Source: Ophelia neglecta
Taxonomy: Eukaryota
Reading direction: 5' to 3'
Assembly: GCA_965285935.1 (NCBI GenBank)
Contig: OZ260661.1
Coordinates: 56,978,001-57,042,000, forward strand
Length of the DNA: 64,000 nt
Each line of letters begins with the position of its first letter. Position 1 is the first letter of the stretch. The translations under genes were made by a program, and so were the position numbers. The notes under the pieces were generated by a model. The model worked only from the letters and a program-made list of their open reading frames with translations. It ran no database searches and was not told the origin of the DNA. Shown here one piece after another: positions 39,801 to 51,236 of the stretch.

Positions 39801-42800
39801 TGTCCTTACGGCAGGGCTTTGTATCCTGCCTCGCTGCAAAAGAGCTGAACTGAAAACGTGCTTTTCTGCTGTAAAGAGATGAATGATGGTTTTGAGTCGA
39901 AATTTCTATCGTGTGCCACTGGAAAAAATACCTCAACGCAATGGGTGGAAACATGATTGAAGTGTATATGACACAACAAATTAATGCTCGCTTTTGAGAA
40001 ACCTAAGTTTCCTGTCGTTCCTCGACGCTGGATATAAGCGAAATGATTTTCGGCAATATGCAATGTTCGGTATTGTATATAGGCCTAATATTATTGAATG
40101 AAATATGTTAATATCCAGATTAATCAATGTTTCGTTAAAATGAAACTTGCACCAAATTTTCTTTGTGATAAAAGTGCAGTATACGCAATTTAACTTCAGG
40201 CAAGAGGCACATTCGTTGTGCCTACTAGGTCATTTTCCAAGCTGTGAAGCAGCATTGGGGAGCAGACGCGGAACGCAGCTGCTAATTAAAATAAATATTC
40301 AAATAACCATACTTTAGTCTAAGTGTGATCGTTCGGTGGCCTTACAAATAAATCAGGGAACCGAAAGATAGTCTCCCATGACAAAGATCAACAGTTTGAA
40401 CATTTTGTAACTAAAAGGAACCTTTTGAAACTAAACTCTGTTGAAAACCCGATTGAAGTGCCTCACAATGCACCAGCTACAATATGATCAAAGAAATATT
40501 GTGCTCAGTCTAAACAATCGTTCTTTTACATGCATTTCCCTATTTATAACGTCTCGTATAATACCTACCGGTCGCTCATGTGGAAATAGAATGGGCACAT
40601 TCGGTTTTTAGTGACAACCGTGTTAGTGATGCATGACTGTCTGATCAGGTTTATTGCTGTCGAAAGTATTTAGAGACATCTAAGCGTCTTATTATATTGC
40701 TTGAGTGTAAATTCTACGAGACTGTTCACCAGATACGGGCCTTCAATCAGTGCTAATGTATTGCGAAGTGTTAATGTATTTTTATTGTAATTGTGTACAT
40801 AAATACCTTTAAAACCATACAACACTCCTTATAATTAAAAGCTGTTCCAACCTAATCGTCATCTGCAACATTTGGACTTGTTGCTGATTCTGCCAAAGCA
40901 CATAGTGGCTAGGCAACTCTCTTTTAATGTACGGTTCACAAATAAACTCAGTGGCTATATACTGATAGAAGTGCGTTCCAATACTGTATCTTTGTACTAG
41001 GTCACAGACTTCCGTTTAGCAGATTCGTCTCGGATAAATAAACACTGAGCATTGAGTAACGCACTGCAGATACTTATACTGGCAGATCTACAGCATTCTG
41101 AAAGAGAATGAGGGAGGTGATGTCGCCTGCACCGAGAGAGTGGGGCAGACGTGCGGCATGGAGAAATGTAGCATTATATTGAAGCATTTAGAAACTCGCT
41201 GGTGCTTTTTATAGGGCAATTAGGGGTTCTTGCCCCAGGGCCCTTCCCCCTAGCAGAGCCCCCTTACTCCGCCAGTGATTTAGCTAGGATGAAGATCAGC
41301 TATTGTGCATTGCAATAGTGCTTGAAGTACCTTCTCAGATATCCTTTAGGTTTTCCGCTCTATGTAAATACCAAAACAATTATAGACTGTTCTGAGAGTC
41401 GAAACAGCTGCTCTTCACCTGGACGAGCAAGCTAGAGTACCATTCGTATAAAAACACGTAACTGAAGGAAGGATAGTTGGTGGTCCAGCGGGTTATCGCT
41501 TGGTTCGGGCACACATGAAGAGAGAAATCAATGACCACCTGTCATATTCAAACAATCGATAGCTCGGTAAACTCTTAAATAAATACAGTTGGATTTCGAC
41601 ATTGCCGTGATTTTGTTTTAGCGCAGTGCAACAAAGGAAGTCCCATACTAATCATAACAAATTATGAACTCTTCGATATACATTGGAAATAAGCTAAAAT
41701 GGTACAGGGAAAATGCAGGATTTTTTAAAATGATATTTTATTTATTTGGCATCACCTTTACACTGAATGAAGAACGGCGTGCATTTATAAGAACCACTGG
41801 CAAACACACTATCAGGTATTTATGAAATGTGTGATTGACTGAAATAATCAGATGGGATAATGTCACATATGAACAGGTTGGACAATTTTTCAATCACACT
41901 CAGTTCCAAGCTATATAATTATAATTGTGGTTAATCTGTCGCGGAAGTTCATCAATTCTTCTGTCCCGGAGCCGCTATACCACACAACAATAACTAGGCG
42001 TGACATCTTTTTTATTATTGAAGCCTTTCACGATTGAAAATACTGTCACTTTCGAAGGATCATTATTTAGCCCAGGCGTTGGAACTTTTTTCTTTAAAAA
42101 GCAATCCTACACCCGATTCCTGGCAGACATTATGTCAGAAATTTCAAATACCATTAATGACATGCGTATCATTAAAGCGTCTATTAATATTCATATAAGA
42201 AATCTCGATCTAAAATAGCCACTGTTAATGTTACTCACTAATGTGAACACTAGCCCAACTGTTCACAATAACAGCAGTGTGTTGTGGGTAATAATCTGGT
42301 GCTGACCCACCCACCCCAGTATAAAACTTATTAGCTAGCAGACTGACGTACTTGCCAGTAAACTTCATTGGATTTAAAATTTTACCTTGGAAAAACCAGA
42401 AAACTATTATTCTTTTGAAGGGTCAACATATCTAATCCTGATTTGAACAACACCACTATATATCTTTGCTATATACAAGCAAATTCGATTAAAAGATGAG
42501 GGATGGTTGTTCATAAAAAGTGATACTATTGTTATAGGCAACAATATGCATTATGTTCACTATCCGCATATTCGAAACAGTTTAAGTAGTATATTATAAA
42601 TAAAAATAAAGAATAAGATATCTATCACCATGTCCAATAAAAGGCAAGATACCAGGAAACAGGCCTTAGCTATGCTACGGAAAGCTATAGCTGAGCTCCA
42701 AATCTATACACACGTGCCGCTAATTCTCTTAAGAGAATGATACCACCCGGTTTTGTCGTCCCAGTCAATTTTCCTCGTAGAGCGCTGCCGAGGATAAAAG

Positions 42801-44340
42801 AAATGTCAGCAAACAGATCAATGACCGTGGATGGCAAGAATAATGAGAGCACGTAGGGTGTGTTGAGAGAGAAAAGAATAAGCGTGGAAAAATGTAACCT
42901 GCGTCAGTCCAGGTGCTCGCAAGACATAAACATAAGTTGACAAACTCAAAGATAATGATTTGCTCTATAAATCAATTGCATGTATGGGTTTTATGTTTGC
43001 ACGAAATATTATGGATACCCGGTTGCCAAAACTGGTCAAAAATAGAGCAAAGGCCACAAACCATCGAAAGATGTCAAGAAACGTCAATTGAGCAAATGCA
43101 TTCAACTAAATGCAGTTTCAAGATAAACAATGCAATGATAAAAGGGAACGATATAGCCTAAATGGGTCGAATTCGGATGTGAAGTAAATGAGGTCAAATT
43201 TAACCATTTTGTAATACATCTTATCTGATGACACTCAAAGTCCTACATTCAAAATCTTTTACAAGCTCTGGGATTTACTTTAGTGACACTTACGCCCAAC
43301 TAATCATGGAAATCCAATATAAACCAAGGCAACGTCATTTAAGTTGATTGGCATGCGGTTTCTTCAAACGAATTCTCTCTGATTGGATTCAGTCAAACGA
43401 TCTATCCATGCTCTGATTTCCTTGTTTTACGGAAGAACCATATTTATTGAGTTAAAGCACATTGGTTTTTTGATAAATGTGAATTTAAAGTGGATCATTT
43501 AAGTTATTTTGGTGTAAGTTAGTGCCTACCACTGGTTTATCAAACTATCAATCTCTGTTTTTTTGTGAGTACGTACAACATTACCCATTAATAAGCACAA
43601 TCTGACGTCGATGTACATGTACATGTACATAGCCATGTCGTTAAAACACAGCACCATGGCTAACCAGAATTGGAGTGACTGTTCTATGCAGAAGCAGATT
43701 TATAACACTGATGCGACACGATTTGAATACCTTTTTTTCCCTAGATCAAAACCTAGCTGACAAGATATCAACTCATGTTGGTAATTAGGCTTTTATCAAT
43801 ATTTATACAGCTCACATGATGGTTATTGCTTTGATGATAGTGACAAAATGACGGAATTAATAAGAATTTATTCAGGGAGCTTTCTTTGCTTGAATGTTTG
43901 TCAGGTAATCTGAGTAACAAAATTGGCGAGATTTGGCTAATATACCTGCTAGATTTATCCAGTTCCATCCATTCGTGTATATTAAGCATCGCATTATCGT
44001 GTGTTTGCCAAATTATGCAGCGGTTTCTTTAAATTGGAAACCACACTTCTTATGCGAGCACAGTGAGAAATTTAACACTGTGCCAAAATGTAGGCTGGCT
44101 CCTCCTTTGGGTAATATTCACTCCATGTGTATAAAATGAATGAGTAGAAGGAAATTAATTCTAAAATTTGTCTCAGTTTGATATATTAACAGCATTTGTA
44201 ATTCTGTTAAATCTTGCCGTTGTTAACCCGAGAAATCAAGTTACTTTGAGTATTACGTTTGGGGAAGCAGATTATTTCTTTTCCTGTGTTTCGCGGTAAA
44301 TTTGACAAGTTATCTGACTACACTCTATCAGTTTACATAC

Positions 44341-44655
44341 CAAACCGATGAAAACAGCGTATGAACCATTTTGGTTCACTTTAAAGGATCTTATCCTTAT
44401 AGCTTCTTGCGCTGCGGTATTGCGATGGCTCCCAACTATAGACTGTGAGAATTGAATTCGTCTTGCTATATGTGATCCATCTTCCTTACCAATACTAGGT
44501 GGCCAATCAATGGCATCGAGTAATTCAATTTGCTTTCACCTTGATTCCCATTCTGCTTTTTGATTGAAGCATGCGCATCTGACCTGGTCAAGGACATCCC
44601 TCGTAATGTGAATAGGGATTGAAGTTGTCAAAATTGGCGCATTCCTAAGTTGCAC
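44341..44655 (-). pseudogene. 315-nt exon-like block with one in-frame TGA; protein family unresolved (transposase-like)
   Basis: Acceptor CATTTATTCTATATCTTCACTTTAG| and donor TTG|GTATGT flank a phase 0-0 block of 105 codons, with a single stop at 44538-44536. It contains WPPSIGKEDGSHI and NQNGSYAVFIGL. Confidence 0.4.
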
Positions 44656-46660
44656 CTAAAGTGAAGATATAGAATAAATGTAACGAAAAAAAGCAAACAT
44701 ATTGACGCTTTTACACACCACTTGGTGACTTTATATTCTTTCACATTGTAATTTCGCCTAAATAGCTATCTTAAACGGAATATTATTCTTTCTTGCGTTA
44801 CACTCGCAATTCTACTGAGAATGATCGGCTCAATTCTGAATAGTATTTTTCAAATCTCGTATTTTTCGTATCTCTCATATCCAAGCTTTATATGGCAGAA
44901 CAAGTGTGCATGCAAATTAAATTCGATATATTTCAAATTTACAGATTTACATTATCACAAATACTAATTGAGTTTTAAAACTGTTAGTGCCTACCCCTCT
45001 CCCAATACCTTTTTGACTGGTTTCCAGTGCTATTAATATTTTAAACGGACGTAACTCAATTTGTTCAAGGGAAGTATGGGTCACATGCAGAGATCATGCT
45101 ATGACGACCAAAGGCGGCGGGATTTCTGATCTAAATTGATAATTTTATTAGATGAATTCACAATTCACTGGGAGCGTAAGGGACTTGATATAACACCATT
45201 CAGATGGGATTGCCAACATTGGCATGGACCTAATAACTAAGGTCAAACCAAAACATCGATTTCTTTGGACGTCAAACAGTAGAACCGACATGATGACAAT
45301 ATAAGTAAGCGGCCGAGATGGTGGTGAATATGGCGGTGGTGGAGGGGGGGGGGGTGCGTTTCTACGTACTTTAAAATAATTATGAAAGTAAGCCTTTTTT
45401 TACAACCTGGATTAAAATTGCTCAAAAATACATATACTATTGAGTTGGCCATTAATTTGATTGCTCTAAACGATGCGCTTGGTGAAATAAGTCTTGAATG
45501 TTTGGGTTGTTCACTATTTATATTCTCTTCTAATTTTGTTGCCTAACAAACAGAGAAAATTACTGCGATTCCAGAACGTCAGTTGATCTATGGCAATCGA
45601 TTTAAAAGCAAAGCTTGCAATATGCGATAGGAGTTTTCCTCATAGGTTTCGCATCCAAATGGCGTAATCAAAATGCCACAACCCAGACTGGGTGTGTTTT
45701 GCCGGCATGTAACATGCAGTATGAATCAACCATATCATCATTAATCTAATTAATATACTAGAATCTGGGGTTAGCAAGTTAAAACTGAATTCTAAGTACG
45801 ATAGCGTTGATGAGCAAACTCACGCATAGATTATATAAATGTATAAATTTGTGTACATTAAGACTATGTCGATCGTTAAATATGTTTTAAAGGATGTCTT
45901 GATAGAGCAGTGGCAACAAACTCCGCGGTGACAAGAAATTTTCTCTACCTAAATCATGAAGATAGATATGTGAAACAAACACAGACAATGCTCATTTAGT
46001 ATTTGTTAAGAATGACTATCGTCTGTAATTTTTTTTTCGTTGTCTTTGTATGAAGGTATATGAACAAAACCTGCCACATAAACTCTTTCTGGCTTTATAA
46101 GTCATTTGGAGATTTTCAGAAAGTCGGGAACTTTTGACCTGGTTGCAATGCTTACTGACAATCTTCACATAAATCCATTCAACAAAAGTATATTGAAACC
46201 GTTTTCCGATTACTTTTCAGCTTGATTAATCCCTGGCTTGAAGTAGTACTTAATGAATTTAGGTATGTCAAACGTTTGCAGCATGGGTTGGCATCTGCCA
46301 GTAGACCTTCATCGACACACATATTATTTGTACTCCCGAGCAAGATAAACTGATAGAAACGACCAATAACCCTGTTAATATTCCAGAGCCAGGTGTTGAA
46401 TCGGCGACAACCGAAATGAAATTGTTTCCTGATGAAATTATGGACTTGTTAGCAGACAAAGGTTGACGTGGCCCGACAGGAAGTGGCGCGCGGTCGTCTG
46501 AATGTCGGGTAATAATCTCTCTAGTGTCAATTGAACAGTTCATCCACTGCACATATTGCGGTACTTAGTCACTTATTCCGGCCAGTATCGTCAACTTTCA
46601 AATTAAAGCCTAAAGCTACATGTGCCAATGTGGTAGTTTCTCCTCTGCCGGGTATACACT

Positions 46661-47147
46661 CCCTTTTTCGGGTCCTTATATGCAGTTTTAGCGTACGCAA
46701 TGTAGTAGAAGAGCAATTTATTTAACCAACTGAAGCTATACACACAAATTTCTGTAGAACAATTATTACCGGGCTGCAAGCATAACACACACACTAAATA
46801 CTATAGATAAACATAAAAATATATACAAGCGCATATCAATATGATATCCATATAAGCAGGTTATATAGTAAATATACATACATTCGCATTTTAATATGGT
46901 AATTCATAAGACTGTTACAAATACTTAGCAGTCCAGCAATACAGAATGAACGGGCCCAGCACCCGACCTGCCGGCCGGCAGAGCTTACAGCTCCACCCTC
47001 CGACAGGGCGAGCACTGATTCTTGATTGAAGTGTACAGCAACCTGATATGGCTGACCTCCTCTAAGGTTTTTATAAAAACCGCTAGCGAAAAGGCCACCC
47101 TTTTTGGGGTCCTTATATGCAGTTTTAGCGTACGCAATGTGTTGAAA
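46661..47147. repeat. Dispersed ~48-bp direct repeat pair, 437 bp apart
   Basis: CCCTTTTTYGGGTCCTTATATGCAGTTTTAGCGTACGCAATGT (one C/G difference) at 46661 and 47098. Both copies translate IAYAKTAYKDPKKG on the minus strand. Confidence 0.9.
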
Positions 47148-50100
47148 TAACACAAAATTGAACTTCTGTATACATTTAATGTTTCTGATTCATTGGGGTA
47201 ATCGAGTTACGCCTCGAGTTGCACCGTGCTCAAACGGGATGAACGTTTTCGAGTGCATATACTTAAATGAACTTGACAGTTCTGATCGAGCAATGCTGTT
47301 GTACTGAAATGTGACAATACGCTCAGGACGGGAAGTATCCCTCCAACCAAACGAAAACTATGGCCCCGAGGGAAGATATTGGTCATAACCTTTCAGTTGT
47401 CGTGGCCCTCAGTTTTCGCTGGCTACATTATCTGACAGTTGCATCTCTTAGAGTCCATTCGGGCACATAAATCCTAGGCCTAATGACCCTAGTTCTGGTG
47501 GACCGAACGCTGTGAAATTGTGCGATACTCTAGCAGACCTTACAATAAGGTGACAGATAAAGAGAGGTTCCGCAATTTTTATGACACTTAGGGAAGATAC
47601 TGAACATAGACCCTGATCCTTTCGGACCTAGATGACAGGGGTATCTACCAATGTCGGGATAGATAAAGTGAAATGTGCTTGATTTACTCTGGAATTAAGC
47701 ATTTTACTCCATGTGGTTTTACAGAGTGACAGAAGGGTAGCGTTTTTAAGCATATCGCTTTTGTCGAAATGTCCTTACTCATGGAATCACCCATTGTACA
47801 ACATTTTGCACCTCTCCTATTTTCCATATTGTTAAAAATTGGCCGTTAACATTTACAGAAATGTTGCATATACACAAAAAACCTGATTATGAATGAGGCT
47901 ATACAGACAACATGAAATCCCCTACCAAGAATAAAGTCATTAATTAAAATTCGATAGGAACGGTTGGCAGCAGACACAAAAAAATGTCCATTTTACATTT
48001 ACATTTCAAGTTACCCCATGTTAAGATAGAGAAGTGACTGACAACCGTTTTGTACAGGTAAGAAGATCGGAGGTGTGGCATTAAGTAGCCCTGACACTTT
48101 CCCGAATAAACTTTATCTATGGGCACTGCCAATAGGCAGTGGAAGAGTAGATGAGGAAATTAGAAGCTGTGGCTTCAAAACATCTCGTTATTTAACGAAA
48201 TGTTTAATAAACCTTAGAATTGTCTAGGCGGTGGGTTTGGGATTCTAATCATACTTACTTAAATATGTCAATGCCGCAGATAACCGTTTACATTTTGACT
48301 ACAGGATGCAATTGACTTTATTTCTTTTATACTGCCGCCATAAAAGAAGTTTTATAAACAGGTTAATCTTTTTTAATTAGGACCGTGCTGAATGTCTACT
48401 CTATAAGTCTTCGTGGCGGCAAGGTTCTGAGGTATGGTTGAGGCAACACTTGTGTGAATAGAAGTAACCAGTAATTGTAAAAAAATCACCCAATTCACAC
48501 TCATTTCCTGTCTTGAAAATGCTCATTTCACTCTGATGCTGCAATTTTGAAAACAACTTGTCAGATAATTGCAAAAGCTCGCTGTTCTGATTGCATTCGT
48601 TTGAATGATTAAGGCAGCAGTCTAGCGTAGTAGACATTAAAAAATATGTGTGTGTCAGTACACAGTCTACATTCCGGAATTCCCATGCCAAATTATTGGG
48701 TTTTTCGAAATATAGAAAGTTGGCTGCATTCTCTTTGCCAATATTTTTTACTGGGTCATACCTTACATATCGTTGATGGATGGGGTATTTTCTATTTCTA
48801 AAGGGATGAAATGAAAAAAACCCCAACGTTTAATGGAGTTAGCCGGCCGAAAATTCGCCGTATATACTCGGTGCTTTATTTTATTTTAATAGTATATTGG
48901 TACAATTTTAATTTGTTATTATCATAAATCAATTTTAAAAATAAATGTCGTTCTCTCCATGTAAAACATTCATGTAACACAGGATAGTATTGCAATTTAA
49001 GAATTCGAACATATAATATTCGACATAATTATGTGGTATATTCCAATATCGCATGTTTGACAGATGTGTGGCCATATCGTGTACGGAGATGTCAGTTTTT
49101 GTGATATTTAGTTATATATATCCAATAAAAACCGAGCTATTTTATGCTCACCCTTAATATTAAGATACGAATAGACACGAACATGTTTATATGCCCAGCT
49201 TGGCTTTAGATAGTACAGCATAAACGGGCTTTTATATAATATATGTTAATAAGGCGGGCAATGAGTCAGCCTAATTATAAAGGCCCTTTTTACAGGATAG
49301 TATAATTGTTGGACAAATTTAAATAGATACTATAAAAACCTTTACATTACCTCAGAAAGGCAGCCGCGGATTAGTTATTTAGTGCCAACGATGCTGATCC
49401 AATAATGCTTCTACGATGTATATTCTTACAAATCGCTTCATATCCCACGAACACCCAATGATTCATCAGGACTTTAAACAGGGCAATATCATGGCTTATT
49501 GTAGTGAAGGTATGCGTTTACTCATTCAATTTAAGCAGTTGACTGATGGGTATAAGAAATACGCTCAAGACAATCCTGATAAGCATTATTCGCATTATAA
49601 ATTTCATTTACATGTATATATGTGACATAGTTTAACAAATGACTGCTGCGCCGTTTCATAACCTATAACACGATAATGATATAAATAAATATGAATCCAA
49701 GAACTTGAATTATTCACAATGTATTAGGCTTCAGATTATATGATAAAGACTCTGCGATAAACAGTCTTTCATTTTTTGGCTTTTGTTAGAATCTGGTAAA
49801 TCCAGGAAAAGTTTTTAATGTTTGAAAAAAATAAGGCAATCCTTTATCTTATAAATTCCAAACATTATGTGTCTATACTAATTTTACGATAAAGGTCGCT
49901 TTAGTTTACATAAACGATAAACCACAACTTCTCCGGGGATTGTATTAATGAGAACCAGTGATCAAAATACCATCAAGTCTCGCTATCTGACAATTCAGAT
50001 TAGGTGTTTAGCTTTCATCCAATGCATGGGTTCTGGGAACTCATGTGCAGTTCAATGGATACTAGATATTCATTGTTTAGTTTATCACGGAGTAGACCAA

Positions 50101-51236
50101 ATCAGAACAAACATTGAAGACTTTACGTCGAGTTTTCAAACAGGGTTATGAATTTCCAACATTAGCCCACATGGCAACAAACACATAAAACATGTATGCG
50201 TCACAAGAAATTAATTTCAGTAGATACGAGATACTCAAAAAAGTATATTTCCATTATTTCTTTGGACTAATCAGGAACCATCAGTCGAAGGCCCATAAAA
50301 CACCAATCCCCAGTTCAATAATTACGAACAACTCCTTAACCAAACATGAAATGGATAACTGATGGAAATATGATGTAACTTGCAATAAAAAGTTATCAAC
50401 AGTTTCCAAGATATGAGCCATACCGTAATAAGTAAACTTAATGTGTCCAAGCACCTTTTATATAACTTTTACTTCCATAATGTTTCCTCCAAATGCTCCA
50501 TGCCTGCCTTGCTTCCCCGAGTAGCAATAGATGCAAACAGTTTGTTTATAATCGTGCAATTTAGGTCGGATATCCTAAATGGATAACGTTTCGAATCACG
50601 CTGTGGCGCTTTCCTTTAAGACAATGCCGAAATATGAAAAGATCCATTTTGATTTTATTAAATTCGACATTGTAACCAAATCAACTGGAAATAATAATAA
50701 TCTATTCGGTTTTTAACACCGTTTACCTCTTTGAATACCGCCGACTGTAATAATTATTACAGACGGTAATTTTGGATATAATGTGAGGTTCAATGAGCTT
50801 ATCAGTGTCCCTTAAAGTATCTAAACTGTGGTTTACACACATTATTTTCCTATTAAAGGGTTAGTCTTTCATTATTGATCGAATGTTAACCGGACCCCTC
50901 TGAGTACAAGAAGGTCAGCCCATCTAGGTTTGTGGGACGGCGCCCCGCTGTGGAAACGCTCGATCAAGTAAGCTACTTTCTCCATCCCTGAATAGGAGAT
51001 TGGTCATAATCCCTTGGTGCGAGTAATGGCATTCTGATGACCGACTTGACAGTGACACAGTATCACATCTCAAACTGCCATGAGGGCAATTAAATTATAA
51101 TGACCTAGTTATTTATCAACAGCGACCTCAGGTTTTGTGCCATATCCGGTTCTCTCACTAGTTGATTGGCAAAATGACGCTAGACATTAACCACCCGTCG
51201 GAAGTCCGAGAATAGGTGCTATAAAGTGATCATTCA

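Noticed and set aside
48401-48826. Longest ORF (141 aa) with a CCLNH repeat and a good splice acceptor at 48798
   Set aside because: TTG start, no recognisable domain, and a donor-like site only ~36 nt after the acceptor. The length is plausible by chance. Kept only as a possible part of the decayed minus-strand exon run.
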